A DNA stretch of 64,000 nucleotides from Octopus vulgaris (lineage: Eukaryota), in the NCBI GenBank assembly GCA_951406725.2, contig OX597817.1, forward strand, positions 11,966,001-12,030,000. The letters run 5' to 3'. The notes beneath the pieces are model-generated. The model saw only the letters and a list, made by a program, of their open reading frames with translations, searched no databases and had not been told where the DNA came from. Positions 25,020-38,613 of the stretch are shown here, one piece after another; within the stretch, counting starts at the first letter, position 1, and each line of letters starts with the position of its first letter. A program made the position numbers and the translations under genes.

Positions 25020-25525
25020 AGAGAGCAGCGCACGCCATCAAAGTGACACTGGGGTACAAATATACCGAACTCAATATACCCGTCTGATTAGGGTACACCA
25101 GGTACATGCATCACAACGATATGTGCGTGACATGGTGACCTCATAACAAGTTAAATAGTGCATGCCCTTGCAGGTAGGGTGCAACTGGAATTTCTTCAGG
25201 ATGAGTAGCCCATCTCGCTCAAAAGGTCCCTGAAAACGGTTATTGAAGGATGATAAACGGAACGCCCATGTTGTCGGGGATGAATTATTAAAACTCTAAA
25301 GAATTCCTCTCAACATATAGCTATTATGCTTCCCGACTACTCCTACTCGAGAACAGAGATGCACATATTGGTTAAGATCCAGCAGCTGACAAACAAATCT
25401 GCGGTATTGATCAGAATATTTGCTGTAGCCCATCTTTTATACCAAGACTAAACATATACATGTTAACACTTCCAATCAGTTAATATCAGAAGCCACGCGA
25501 ACCACTGTCTAGTACTGCATCAGTG
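25020..25525 (-). mobile_element. Unclassified interspersed repeat, probably a retroposon with an (AAC)n tail
   Basis: Higher-GC block abutting (TTG)n; no ORF; recognition is tentative. Confidence 0.4.
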
Positions 25526-25607
25526 ATCGATATAATTGACTAACCCCTCCCACGAAGTTGCTGGCGTTCAGTCAGAATTTGATACAATTTTTTTTAAGAT
25601 TATTTAG

Positions 25608-25900
25608 GTCGGTGAACTGACAGAATCGTTAGCGCCTCGAATGAAATGCTTAGGTTATTTCTTCCGGCTTTTTATGTTCTGAATTCAAATTTCACCGAAG
25701 TCGGCTTCCGCTTTCATCTTTCCGGGGTCGGACTAAATGGTCTGAGGCATTTCTTCTGATATTTTGCGTTCTGAGTTCAAATTCCGCCGGGATCAACTTT
25801 TCCTTTCATCTTTTTAGAGTTGATAAAATAAGGTACCAGTTAAGTTCTGAGATCGATATAATCGACCAGTCTCATTCACCTAAAATATTTCAAACGTTTT
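25608..25900 (+). mobile_element. Two old family B SINEs
   Basis: Two successive B-box plus Meta-domain matches. Confidence 0.75.
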
Positions 25901-26012
25901 AGATATAGTGGAAAGATTACGCTACCATGCTATCTCTTCTTTTCAATTAACTAATACTTTTCTGTTGGTGATATCATCATCATCATCATCATCATTATTA
26001 TTATTATTATTA

Positions 26013-26066
<54 letters not shown>

Positions 26067-26067
<1 letters not shown>

Positions 26068-26289
26068 GGCGGCGAGCTGGAAGAAACGTTAGAATGCTGT
26101 GCGAAAATGTTTAGCGGTATTTCGTCTGCCGTTACGTTTTGAGTTCAAATTCCGCCGAGGTCGACTTTCACTTTCATCCTTTCGGAGTCGATTAAATAAG
26201 TACCAGTTGCGCACCGGGGTCGATGTAATCGACTTAATCCCTTTGTTTGTCCCCTCTATGTTTAGTCCCCTATGGGCAGTAAAGAAATG
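26067..26289 (+). mobile_element. Family B SINE in an (ATT)n tract
   Basis: Full length; (ATT)n on both sides. Confidence 0.9.
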
Positions 26290-26290
26290 A

Positions 26291-26391
<101 letters not shown>

Positions 26392-26603
26392 GAAGGTGAG
26401 GAGTTGGAAGAAACGTTAGAACGCTGGGCGAAATGCTTAGCAGTACTTCGTCCGAGTTCAAATTCCGCCGAGGTTGACTTCACCTTTCATCCATTCGGGG
26501 TAGATAAATTATGTACCAGTGAAACACTGGGGTCGGTGTAATCGATTAACCCCCACATTTCAGGCCTTGTGCCTATTGTAGAAAGGATTATTATTATTAT
26601 TAT

Positions 26604-26662
<59 letters not shown>

Positions 26663-26850
26663 AGGTGGGGAGCTGGAAGAATCGTTAGCACACCGGGCAA
26701 AATGCATTTCGCCCCTCTTTACGTTCTGAGTTCAAATTCCGCTAAGATCAAATTTGCCTTTCATCATTTTGGGGTCGATAAAATACGCACCAGTTGAACA
26801 CTAGGGTCGATATAATCGACTTACTTTTTCCCCCAAATTTGCTGCCCTTA
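26392..26850 (+). mobile_element. Two older family B SINEs separated by (ATT)n/(ACT)n
   Basis: 26392-26590 and 26662-26850; the second is interrupted by a family A copy and resumes near 27268. Confidence 0.8.
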
Positions 26851-27058
26851 CTCTTTACTCTTTTACTTGTTTCAGTCATTTGACTGTGGCCATGCTGGAG
26901 CACCGCCTTTAATCGAGCAAATCTACCCCGGGACTTATACTTTGTAAGCCCAGTACTTATTCTATCGGTCTCTTTTGCCGAACCGCTAAGTGACGGGGAC
27001 GTAAACACACCAGCATCGGTTGTCATGCAATGCTAGGGAGACAAACACAAACACACAA

Positions 27059-27117
<59 letters not shown>

Positions 27118-27266
27118 CATATATACGACAGGCTTTTTTCAGTTTCCGTCTACCAAATCCACTCACAAGGCATTGGTCGACCCGGGGCTATAGCAGAAGG
27201 CAGTGGGACTGGACCCGGAACCATATGGTTGGTAATCAAGCTATTTACCAAACAGCCACTCCTGCG
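26849..27266 (-). mobile_element. SINE family A (small deletion)
   Basis: Head and tail present. Confidence 0.9.
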
Positions 27267-27773
27267 TCAAAATTTGAAGCCATTATTATTTCCCCCACCC
27301 CTCTTATAGGGGGTTTATTTTTTTTAGAATTCGTTTTTTCAACGGTTGTCGCTCTTTTTTTATATTGTTTACACGTTCCTTCGTAAAAAAAAATCCCCAC
27401 TGTTCTTTTTGCGTCCCTTGTGGCTAATAAAAAAAAGATTATTGCTATCATTATTTGTTGTTGTTCTTCTTGTTGCTGTAGTTGTTGTAGTAGCAACTGA
27501 AGAATGAAAATTAATTGAGTGTAGGCGTTCAAGAGGGCATTATGACCATAATACCATACGGATATTATGACGGAGTAGAAAATGTAAAGGGACCCGGAAG
27601 ATGAGGTTGACTTCAAAGAAGAACAGTACGACGAGGAAATACTGGAGAAGAAGGGGTGTGAGGGAAAATGTTGTTGATTAACAGAACATTAAGAAATATT
27701 GTCATGGAAGAATAAGAGAAATATGGGAAATAGATTAATGGTTCTTGAAAGGATATTTGTTGGAAATTTAAAA

Positions 27774-27807
<34 letters not shown>

Positions 27808-28266
27808 CACCATCATCATCATCATCAGTTGTAGTAGTAGTAGTAGTGGAGGTGGTAGTTGTAGTGGTGACGACGGTAGCGGTGATGCTAGTAAAATCAG
27901 TGGTATTCGGTGGTGTAGGTGTTGCTGATTGTGATGGTGATGTTCATGCTATGTTGACAGGATCACCGGCCACAGAAATGCTCGTAGGAGGAGGAAGTGG
28001 CGGAAGAAGAAGAAGAAGAAGAAGATGAGGAGAAAGAAGAAGAAGAGGAAGAAGAAGAATTACAGCTACTACTACAATAACAAAAGCATCAATGCAAATA
28101 TCTATGACATATGTATAACTGTAACAACGTAACAGTAACAAAAGGGAAAAGAACAGGAAGTCCTATAAAGGAATAAAGGGGCTATACATGTTTATACGCA
28201 CGCACACGCACACTAGTAAACAAGCAAACACATACACACACACGCACACATACATATCTAGCCGCC

Positions 28267-28313
<47 letters not shown>

Positions 28314-28315
<2 letters not shown>

Positions 28316-28570
28316 AGGCGCCTGGCTTAGTGGTTAGGGTGTCAGCATCATGATCGTAAGATTGTGGTTTCGGTTCCTGGACCGGGCGACGCGTTGTGTT
28401 CTTGAGCAAAACACTTCATTTCACGTTGCTCCAGTTCACTCAGCTGGCAAAAATGAGTAACGCTGCGATGGACTGACGTCCCGTCCCGCTGGGGAACACA
28501 TACGCCATTGAAACCGGGAAACCAGGCCCATGAGCCTGGCTAGGCTTTAAAAGGGCGCATTTTATTTATT
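28314..28570 (+). mobile_element. tRNA-derived SINE family C (V-domain-like)
   Basis: TGGCTTAGTGGTTAG A-box, core TTGTGTTCTTGAGCAAAACACTT, CTGCGATGGACTGACGTCCCGTCC resembles the V-SINE domain; second copy at 36186. Confidence 0.88.
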
Positions 28571-29246
28571 TTTATATATAGGCACAGGCGTGGCTCCGTC
28601 GTCCAGAAATTCGCCTCGGAACCATAGGGTTTCGTGTTCAGTCCTACAGCGTGACACTTTGGATTAGTATGACACACTACATCCTTGGACCAATGCTTAG
28701 TGAATGGCCTTTTGTAAAACCGAAAAACAAACCAGTCTGGATCAATTCATAGGTTTCTGTTGTGATTTTTCCCCCAGTTTAACACAAAATTTTGTTGCGT
28801 AGCGAACTTGCATTCTGCGAACGAGTCCCAGCAGCATTCTGCAAACGAGTCAGTTGTAAGAAGTTTTGTTTTGTAGGGTGTGTTAAAACTGCTATTACAA
28901 CCGTTTCCTTCAATTTAGAATAACAAAAGCTGGCAAGTTAGCTTATTAGATTCGTAGTAATGAAATACTAAAATTTCAGTAGTTTAGGACAGTTATAACT
29001 GCCTCCCCTAAGAGTCTCAAAACTTCTGGAATTCATCTCATATACATGCATACGCAAAAACACTTGCACTTGTCTGAATATATTTATGTATATATGTTAG
29101 TATGCATATGTATATACATACATACACATATACATACATGCATACATACACACATACATACATACATACATACATACATACACACATACATACATACATA
29201 CATACATACATACATAAATACCTACATACATACATACATACATACA

Positions 29247-29277
<31 letters not shown>

Positions 29278-29280
29278 GTA

Positions 29281-29528
29281 TTGGTGCATAATTATTGCGG
29301 CATTTTTTCAACAAATTTTATTCAACAAAAACAATAACAATATTTAACAAAACATTTTCAAATGACGGTCTGACAGTCTACCAAACAGATGGGAAGCAGT
29401 AATTGAAGTAGCTGGTGAATATGCTCCGGAATAATCATTTAAAGATGCTTTTGTTAGATGTTGTAGTTTTTTTTTGCTGAATAAAATTTGTTGAAAACAA
29501 GCCGCAATAATTATGCACCAACCCAATA
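29281..29528 (+). mobile_element. Mariner-derived MITE
   Basis: ~70-bp TIRs ttggtgcataattattgcggc.../...gccgcaataattatgcaccaa; internal LPNRWEAVIEVAGEYAPE*. Confidence 0.9.
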
Positions 29529-29564
29529 CACACACACACACACACACGCACACATACACGCACG

Positions 29565-29611
<47 letters not shown>

Positions 29612-29655
29612 GCACACACACACACACATACATACACACATATTCGAACGAACAA

Positions 29656-29818
29656 AGGCGCAGAAGTGGCAGTGTGGCAAGAAGCTTGCTTCCCAACCAC
29701 ATAGTTCCGGTTTCAATCCCACTGCGTAGCACCTTGGCCAAGTGTCTTCTACTATAGCCTCGGGCCTACCAAAGACTTGTGAGTGGATTTGGTAGACGAA
29801 ATTGAAAGAAGCCCGTCA

Positions 29819-29851
<33 letters not shown>

Positions 29852-30058
29852 ATTTGTTATTTGCGTCCCTCCACCATCGCTTGACAACCGATGCTGGTGT
29901 GTTTACGATTCTGACTTCTAGCGGTTCGAAAAAAAGAAGCCGATAGAATAAGTACTAGGCTCTCAAAGAGTATGTCCTGGGGTCGATTTTTTCGACTAAT
30001 GGCGATGCTCAAGCATGGAGCACCGCCTTTAGTCGAACAAGTAAAAGAATAAAAGAAA
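29656..30058 (+). mobile_element. SINE family A, older
   Basis: Head, core and tail. Confidence 0.88.
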
Positions 30059-30321
30059 ATATATATATACCTGTGTGTGTGTGTGTTTGTATGCTTGTGT
30101 ATAAATATATATATGCGTATATAGTGATAATAAGAAAAATCCTTCGATGGAATTTAGAAATATTTAATGCAGCGCTACGCGCGTTTCTGCAGGTGTCATG
30201 TCTCTTAGGATCACTCTCCGTATTCCTGGAATGATCTTCAGTGTAGTCCGCAGTATCCGTGGGTATCGGTTTGATCATCTTCATGGATTCATTTCTTCAG
30301 AAGATATAAACTAATGGATGT

Positions 30322-30524
30322 TTACCGACCTCGTGTGTACCGTTGGCGATTTTTTTTCCTCTGTCTTCCCTTCCCTGGATCTTTCCTTCTCCTATGTTTC
30401 CGACGAAGAGCTCCGCTCGAAACGTTAAACCCTCCTTCTTTCCTGCTTTCCTGAGCGTCCAATAAAACTATATTTGTTCCACGTCCTCGCGTTGTTGTGT
30501 TTTTTTGTGCTTTCTTGTTTGGAT

Positions 30525-30528
<4 letters not shown>
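30322..30528 (+). mobile_element. Penelope-like pLTR fragment ending in (TA)n
   Basis: Carries a minimal hammerhead and an aataaa/T-rich tail related to 52517-52712. Confidence 0.65.
30396..30430 (+). ncRNA. Minimal hammerhead ribozyme, U4C variant
   Basis: GTTT-CCGACGA-A-GAGC-TCC-GCTC-GAAACGT-T-AAAC. Confidence 0.7.
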
Positions 30529-30583
<55 letters not shown>

Positions 30584-30612
30584 GCATACATACATACATA
30601 TACATACATACA

Positions 30613-30670
<58 letters not shown>

Positions 30671-30714
30671 ATACACATACATATATAATACATATAATAT
30701 ATATGTGGGGGTGT

Positions 30715-30927
30715 CTGTATATGTTTGTGTGTCTCTGTTTGTTACCCCAACATCACTTGACGACCGATGCTGGTGTTTTGCGTCCCAGTCACCTAGCGGT
30801 TCGGCAAAAGTACCCGATAGAATAAGTACTAAGCTTACAAAGAAATCCTCAGGTCGATTCGTTCGAGGAAAGGCGGTGCCCCAGCATGGCCGCAGTCAAA
30901 TGACTGAGATAATAAAAAATTAAAGAA
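30715..30927 (+). mobile_element. SINE family A 3' half
   Basis: Tail match. Confidence 0.85.
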
Positions 30928-31052
30928 TATATATATAGTCTTGCTGATAGTTGTGATGGTGATGATATTCATGATGTTGTTGGTGATGATGACATCAAAC
31001 TAGAAAGCTATCCATGGTCAGAACACAGCACCATCACCGCACGAAAAGAACA

Positions 31053-32122
31053 AAGAAGAAGAAGAAGAAGAAGAAGAAGAAGAAGAAGAAGAAGAAGAAG
31101 AAGAAGAAGAAGAAGAAGAAGAAGAAGAAGAAGAAGAAGAAGAGGAGAAGAAGAAGAAGAAGAAGAAGAAGAAGAAGAAGAAGAAGGAAGAAGAAGAAGA
31201 AGAAAAAAAGAAGAAAAAGAAGAAAAAGAAGAAGAAAAAGAAGAAGAAAAAGAAGAAGAAAGAGGAGGAGGAGAAAGAGGAGGAGAAAGAGGAGGAGAAG
31301 AAGAAGAAGAAGAAGAAGAAGAAGAAAAAAGAAGAAGAAGAAGAAGAAGAAGAAGAAGAAGAAGAAGAAGAAGAAGAAGAAGAAGAAGAAGAAGAAGAAG
31401 AAGAAGAAGAAGAAGAAGAAGAAGAAGAAGAAGAAGAAGAAGAAGAAAAGAAGAAGAAGAAAAAGAAGAAAAAGAAGAAGAAGAAGAAGAAGAAGAGGAA
31501 AAAGAAGAAAGAGGAGGAGGAGAAAGAGGAGGAGAAAGAGGAGGAGAAGAAGAAGAAGAAGAAGAAGAAGAAGAAGAAGAAGAAGAAGAAGAAGAAAAAG
31601 AAGAAGAAGAAGAAGAAGAAGAAGAAGAAGAAGAAGAAGAAGAAGAAGAAGAAGAAGAAAGAGGAGGAGGGGAGAAAGAGGAGGAGAAGAAGAAGAAGAA
31701 GAAGAAGAAGAAGAAGAAGAAGAAGAAGAAGAAGAAGAAGAAGAAGAAGAAGAAGAAGAAGAAAAGAAGAAGAAGAAGAAGAAGAAGAAGAAGAAGAAGA
31801 AAAAGAAGAAGAAAGAGGAGGAGAAAGAGGAGGAGAAGAAGAAGAAGAAGAAGAAGAAGAAGAAGAAGAAGAAGAAGAAGAAGAAGAAGAAGAAGAAGAA
31901 AAGAAGAAGAAAGAGGAGGAGAAAGAGGAGGAGAAGAAGAAGAAGAAGAAGAAGAAGAAAAAGAAGAAGAAAGAGGAGGAGAAAGAGGAGAAGAAGAAGA
32001 AGAAGAAGAAAAAGAAGAAGAAAGAGGAGGAGAAAGAGGAGAAGAAGAAGAAGAAGAAGAAGAAGAAGAAGAAGAAGAAGAAGAAGAAGAAGAAGAAGAA
32101 GAAGAAGAAGAAGAAGAAGGAA
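31053..32122. repeat. ~1.07-kb pure polypurine (GAA)n/(GAG)n tract
   Basis: Only A and G; explains the 417-aa and 409-aa ORFs. Confidence 0.98.
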
Positions 32123-32743
32123 GTTTGTACTAGTAGCAGTAAGAACGAAAGCGGCAGCAACAATAACAACAACAACAACAACAATAACAACAACAACAAT
32201 AAAATCAGCAACGAGAAAATTGTGGAGAAATGCCAGGAAGACAACAAAGAATATTAGAAATGTGTAAGTATAAAACCTTACTGAGTGAAGCGTTTAACCG
32301 TTCAGGTGTGGAAAGTCATGAGCGAGTGAAATGGAATAAATGTATGTTCAGGCAAAGAGCAATTGATGAGTGAATGATAGCTTTAGCAGTTGGTACAGAT
32401 GAAGAACAACAAAAGCGAAAGGAGAGCGGGGAGAGGATGTCACAGAGGAAGAGGTACGAAAGGCGATTTGCTGGTGTTTGATGTGTGTAATGTGAAATGT
32501 GCAAAAACCGAAAGGCAAGTGGTAATATTTGAAGATTATTCTGAAAGATGACTATGGGAAAGGAAAAAAAAAGAAAGGAACAATAGAGAAAGAATAAATT
32601 TAAAGAAAAAAAATGAAAAGATTGAATGAATATATATTAGGGAGATAGGAAGATATATAACTCTTTCTACTATGGATACAAAGCCTGAAATTTTTTATTG
32701 GTAAGAGGGATAGTTGATTACATTGACCTCAGAGCTTGACACA

Positions 32744-33327
32744 GCTAATTTTTACGATACTAAAATTTATTTCTAGAGGAGACAAACAAGGACAGACAAA
32801 CGGATTAAGTCGATTACATCGACACCAGTGCGTAACTGGTACTTATTTAATCGACCCCGAAAGGATGAAAGGCAAAGTCGACTTCGGCGGAATTTGAACT
32901 CAGAACGTAGCGGCAGACGGAATACCTATTTCTTTACTACCCACAAGGGGCTAAACACGGACAGGACAAACAAGGACAGACAAAGGGATTAAGTCGATTA
33001 CATCGACCCCAGTGCGTAACTGGTACTTATTTAATCGACCCCGAAAGGATGAAAGGCAAAGTCGACTTCGGCGGAATTTGAACTCAGAACGTAGCGGCAG
33101 ACGGAATACCTATTTCTTTACTACCCACAAGGGGCTAAACACAAAAAGGACAAACAAACGGATTAAGTCGATTATATCGACCCCAGTGCGTAACTGGTAC
33201 TTAATTTATCGACCCCGAAAGGATGAAAGATAAAGTCGACCTCGGCGGAATTTGAACTCAGAACGTAACGGCAGACGAAATACGGCTACGTATTTCGTCC
33301 GGCGTGCTAACAATTCTGCCAGCTCAC
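32744..33327 (-). mobile_element. Family B SINE head-to-tail trimer
   Basis: One full unit plus two 5'-truncated units restarting at GGTATTCCGTCTGCC. Confidence 0.9.
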
Positions 33328-33664
33328 TGTCTAGAAAGAAAAAGTAATGTAACCTAGCTAAACAAGAAGCAACATTTTTCGGATCTTTGTGGTTTGAATC
33401 AATATCTCCAATTTCAAATTTGATATATAGATTAAGTGTTGTATACGAACTAAGAAAATGAAAATAATTTTTCCGATAAATTTATCATTAAAAAGTTATT
33501 AGCCTTTAAAGTTTGCAAAATTTGGGTATTTTAGCAAATCAGAAGCGAGTATTTTGCACATCACTCTGTAAGCAAAGAAATCTGTTTCCATAGTAATTAA
33601 GGAGTATAACCACCACGTGTTTCATAACTGTTTGCAAAGAACTCTGTTTCCGTAATAACTAAAG

Positions 33665-34067
33665 ATGCTGCCCATGCGCACAAGGAGTGTGAGGGAAGTT
33701 TTCCTTTATGCTGTACCAAGTCTTAACCGTGAAATACCAGAAGACTGCAGACGACACTCAGTTCTTCCAGGAACTACTATCTTCAGTGACCTGAGACGAG
33801 CTTATAATGATATCCCAGAAATCGATAGCTATGATTTCAAACATAAACTGTGAACCATAGCAGTGAATTTATAAACTCAAAAGATGGGACTCAGACTCAA
33901 CTAATTTAGAGTACATGAGTGTCTTTAAAGAGTGGAGACAAGTGCCGATATGAGACACACCGTTCCATGGTTTGCTCGTATTTTTGCGAATTTATGTGGA
34001 GAAAAAGATATGAGAAAGATAATCTATTTCATAAAATCCTAGAGTGTATTGCAAACTTTCGTTCTTG
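33665..34067 (+). pseudogene. Merlin/IS1595 (ISXO2-like) DDE transposase remnant
   Basis: VLPGTTIFSDLRRAY...HK/TVNHSSEFINSKDGTQTQLI...SYFCEFMWRKRY. Confidence 0.85.
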
Positions 34068-34444
34068 AATATTTTGACCCATATATGTTTGTTTTAATCA
34101 AGATTTTGACGATTATTTCTAGCAACTGCATTTGGTTTGCTGGTAGCTTTTAAATATATTTTATTTGCTCGTATGTTTTAATGTTTTTTTGCTGTTATTT
34201 CTAATGTTTTGACATGCCGGCGCCCCCCCTCCTTCTCGCTTCTACCTAGAACAGTTCCTTTTCTACTATTTTTTCAATTTTGGATTTGTTCAGTGATTGC
34301 TCCAATTTGAAGTGACAGGAATCTTATAATATTTCAATGCCATATTGTTTTCTTCAAACTGACAATATGGGCAGGAACAGGCGTGACAGTTTGAAAGTTA
34401 TGAAAATAAGCCTTGTTGGCCGTAATTCTCAATTTCGAAAGGTT

Positions 34445-34659
34445 ACTCTTTACTTTTTACTCTTTACTCTTTTACTCTTGTTTCAGTCATTTGACTGCGG
34501 CCATGCTGGAGCACCGCCTTCAATCGAGCAACTCGACCCCGGGACTTATTCTTTTGTAAGCCCAGTACTTATTCTATCGGTCTCTTTTTGCCGAACCGCT
34601 AAGTAACGGGGACATTGTCAAGCAATGCTAGGGAGACAAACACAGACACACAAACACAT

Positions 34660-34692
<33 letters not shown>

Positions 34693-34864
34693 CATATATA
34701 CGACAGGCTTCTTTCAGTTTCCGTCTACCAAATCCACTCACAAGGCTTTGGTCGGCCCGGGGCTATAGCAGAAGACACTTGCCCAAGATGCCACGCAGTG
34801 GGACTGAACCCGGAACCATGTGGCTGGTTAGCAAGCTACTTACCACACAGCTATTCCTGCGCCT
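34445..34864 (-). mobile_element. SINE family A
   Basis: Complete apart from a small deletion. Confidence 0.92.
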
Positions 34865-35719
34865 TATTTCTTTTTCTGAATATGAATATTTTAAGAAACC
34901 ATTCATAATAATTTTCAAGTAAATTCTTCTTCCTCACAAGAAGCTCACACAGAAAGGACATTGTTCCTTTGCCAATTACCATAATCATATACTCTTTATC
35001 TCTCTTAAACCCTCAATAAATTCTGCTGTTTCGTAGTTTCAGCTGAAATTGCGTTAAATTGAATGTAAATAGTTGTTTTGTTGCTTTTTTTTATATAACT
35101 TCCATACCATCTAATATTTTGTGCTTTTGTTTGAACCCCTTGTCCTAATCAGTTTTTTTTTTTGTAGTGTGGAATATATTTTGCATTCTTACATATTTTC
35201 ACGACTCCATTTTTTTCTTTCTCATTTTAAGTTTGTACATTTTCGCCGTAAATTTTATGAACAGTTTAAGTTTCTTTCCTTTTATGTTCAGCCAAAGTAC
35301 ACAACTTTTGCTATTAGTGTGAGTTTAGCTCATGCTTTACAGAAAGCTTTTAAATATTATCAACTTCTAATGCTATTGATAGTAACATCTGTTTCCAGGA
35401 TGGATGGACTTGATGGCCTAGTTCAGTTTGTTATTTTTTGCCTTAACTTCATTTGGAGACCCGTTCCTCCATTGCAATATATTTTATCACATTTAATTAT
35501 TATATTTATGGTTTCTCCTTAGCAGCAAGTTAGCAGAATCGGTAGTGTTTCGGGAGAACTCTCTTGTGACATTCAAATACCACTCAGATCAACTTTTCCG
35601 CTCCACCTTAAACGGAGTCGATAAGTACCGATCAAGTATTGGTTCAATGGTATCAACTAAGCATCCCATCAAATTTAGTGACCTCGTGTCTAAATCAGAA
35701 TTTTTTTTTTGTGTGTATG

Positions 35720-35802
<83 letters not shown>

Positions 35803-35817
35803 GTATGTATGTATATA

Positions 35818-35851
<34 letters not shown>

Positions 35852-36185
35852 ATCAAGGTAGATAGATACATACACACATATATGCATACATACAAATACA
35901 CATATACATACATACATACGTACACATATAAATACATACACATTATATATGTGTGTGTGCATGTATGTATGTATGTATATTGTCAATGTGTTGCAGTTTT
36001 ATATGTGTGTTTGATACAATTTTTTGTGGGGTTTCGTGCTTTCTTTCAATGTTGAAGCAGGTTTCTGACCTTCAGTATATTCTAATATATTCCAATAAAG
36101 GAATTTTCAAAATTGTTGATTTTGCACTTATTTTGAGGTCAGTACTTTTCCTAGTTGTCGCCATTAGCTCTGTTACAAAATCTAA

Positions 36186-36446
36186 TAAATAAAAAATAAA
36201 TGCGCCCTTTTAAAACCTAGCCAGGCTCATGGGCCCGGTTTCTCGGTCTCTATGGCGTATGTATTCCCCAGCTGGACGGGACGCCAGTCCATCGCACCGT
36301 TACTCATTTTTGCCAGCTGAGTGGACTGGAGCAACCTGAAATGAAGTGTTTTGCTCAAGAACACAACGCGTCGCCCGGTCGAGGAATCGAAACCACAATC
36401 TTACGATCACGATGTTGACACCCTAACCACTAAGACACGCGCCTCC
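36186..36446 (-). mobile_element. SINE family C
   Basis: Reverse-complement homolog of 28314-28570. Confidence 0.88.
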
Positions 36447-37716
36447 ACACAAAATCTAATAACATTGCTTTTAATCTTCGATTTCTATGTCTATTATCAT
36501 CTTCAAAATATTTTGTACTTATTCTGATTACTTGGAGTTGAACTTTAATGAATAGCTGCTTCTCCATAATATTTAAGGAAGTGCCATTGTTGATGTTTTC
36601 TGTTGGATGGGATTGGACGTATGTTGCAAAAGCTGGGCTCTCACACACATATATAATATACACAGATGAGCATACTCACACCCACGCACATACGTGTATA
36701 TATTTGAAGGCACATAACACTCCTAATTTAGGAATTTGATTCGTTATACAGCTTCGTGCTACATCCTTATTCGGTGCTATCTGGTATTAATTATTTATTT
36801 AGCCTCTTGCTTTTGCTGATGAGGCTGTTTGGCTTTTGATTGGCAAAGTCGTACAAAATGTTTTATGTTTCCAACACTTCATAATTTCAAATCACGCCGA
36901 GGTCAACTTTGCGTATGAACCATCCGAGGTCCATAAAGTATCACACAACACTAGTGTCGATAGTATGGACTGAATTCCATCCTCTCAAAATTGATGATCC
37001 TGAGCCTAAATTAGAAACTTTTATTATCATATTTGTGTTTTATGTCAAACAGACGTTCTGGAAATTGTTCCGCAAAAAGATTGAACCTACATTTCCGTCT
37101 AATGGGAAAAGTCTTTTCTAATGTTTTGCAGACAAAAAAATCCACCCCCGTTTACTTCGGAGTGTAAAACTAAGGTTTTCTCTTTGTACATTTTGAATTT
37201 TTAGATTTTGTAAACATTTGTTTACAAGAAATTTAAGATGGCTTCTTCTTAAAGAGGAGCAAGAATGGTGTTCGCCACTGTGCTGTTAGCGCTAATATAA
37301 ACACTAACACCCACAAAACTCAAACGAAAATACACGCATTTTCACGAACATAAATAAAATAAAAAAACTACAAATTCAGTTTCGCAACATACTACATTTA
37401 TTTTACCAACAAAATGTGATAATTATGTTCTGAAAGAAAATAACATAATTTTAAAAGCGAAAGAGCAAACACTCTATTTTATCAAACCTGAATCGGAACA
37501 CAGCTCGACGGTCAGGCGTCTTTGTTAATGAGCGAGCGTGTGTTAATGTCATGAAGTATTTCCATTTTATGAATGACTGAAGTTTTTGGGGGGTTTTTTA
37601 AACTTTTTTTTCGAGGTTCAAAGGATCAGAAATACTCTGAAACTTAGCTGGAAGCGAGCACATTAATCGAAGCATTCTATCACCACAATGTACTATTTTC
37701 GCTAAAATCGCGGAAC

Positions 37717-38120
37717 ACTGGCAGAAACGTTCTACGCCGGGCGAAATGTTTAGCGGTATTTCGTCTGTGTTACGTTCTGAGTTCAAATTCCGCCGAGGTC
37801 GACTTTGCCTTTCATCCTTTCGGGGTCGATTAATTAAGTACCAGTTACGCACTGGGGTCGATATAATCGACTTAATCCGTTTGTCTGTCCTTGTTCGTCC
37901 CCTCTGTGCTTAGCCCCTTGTGGGTAGTAAAGAAATAGGTATTCCGTCTGCCGCTACGTTCTGAGTTCAAATTCCGCCGAAGTCGACTTTGCCTTTCATC
38001 CTTTCGGGGTCGATTAAATAAGTACCAGTTACGAACTGGTATCGATGTAATCGACTTAATCCGTTTGTCTGTCCTTGTTTGGCCTCTCTGTGTTTAGCCT
38101 CTTGTGGTTTATAAAGAAAT
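37717..38120 (+). mobile_element. Family B SINE head-to-tail dimer
   Basis: Second unit restarts at ggtattccgtctgcc (37938). Confidence 0.9.
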
Positions 38121-38145
38121 AAATTTTAGTATCGTAAAAATTAGC

Positions 38146-38352
38146 GGTGAATTAGCAAAATCGTTAGTAGACTCCGACGAAACTCTGAGTAACATTGCAT
38201 CCGTCATTACGCCCTGAGTATAAATTCTACCGAGGTCGACCTTGTCTTTCATTCCTTCAGGATTGAACTAATAAGTACCAGTTGAAAACTGAGGTCGATG
38301 TAATCGACTGCCTCACCCTTCAAAAGTTCTGGCCTTGCACCAAAATATGAAA
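38146..38352 (+). mobile_element. Old family B SINE
   Basis: Degenerate head and Meta domain. Confidence 0.7.
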
Positions 38353-38368
38353 AGAATTTCGGTATCAT

Positions 38369-38566
38369 AGGCATAGGAGTGGCTGTGTGGTGAGTAGCTT
38401 GCTTACCAACCACATGGTCCCGGGTTTAGTCCCACTGCGTGGCACCTTGGGCAAGTGTCTTCTACTATAGCCTCGGGCCAACCAAGGCCTTGTGAGTGGA
38501 TTTGGTAGACGGAAACTGAAAGAAGCCCGTAGTATATATGTATATACATATATATATATATATGTG

Positions 38567-38613
<47 letters not shown>

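Noticed and set aside
31014-32267. 417-aa and 409-aa ORFs
   Set aside because: Translations of the (GAA)n tract
32765-33327. CRISPR-like or regularly spaced repeats
   Set aside because: Tandem SINE units with no unique spacers; eukaryotic context, no cas genes
33349-34446. GTAACCT/AGGTTAC as Merlin TIRs
   Set aside because: Only 7 bp match and no TSD
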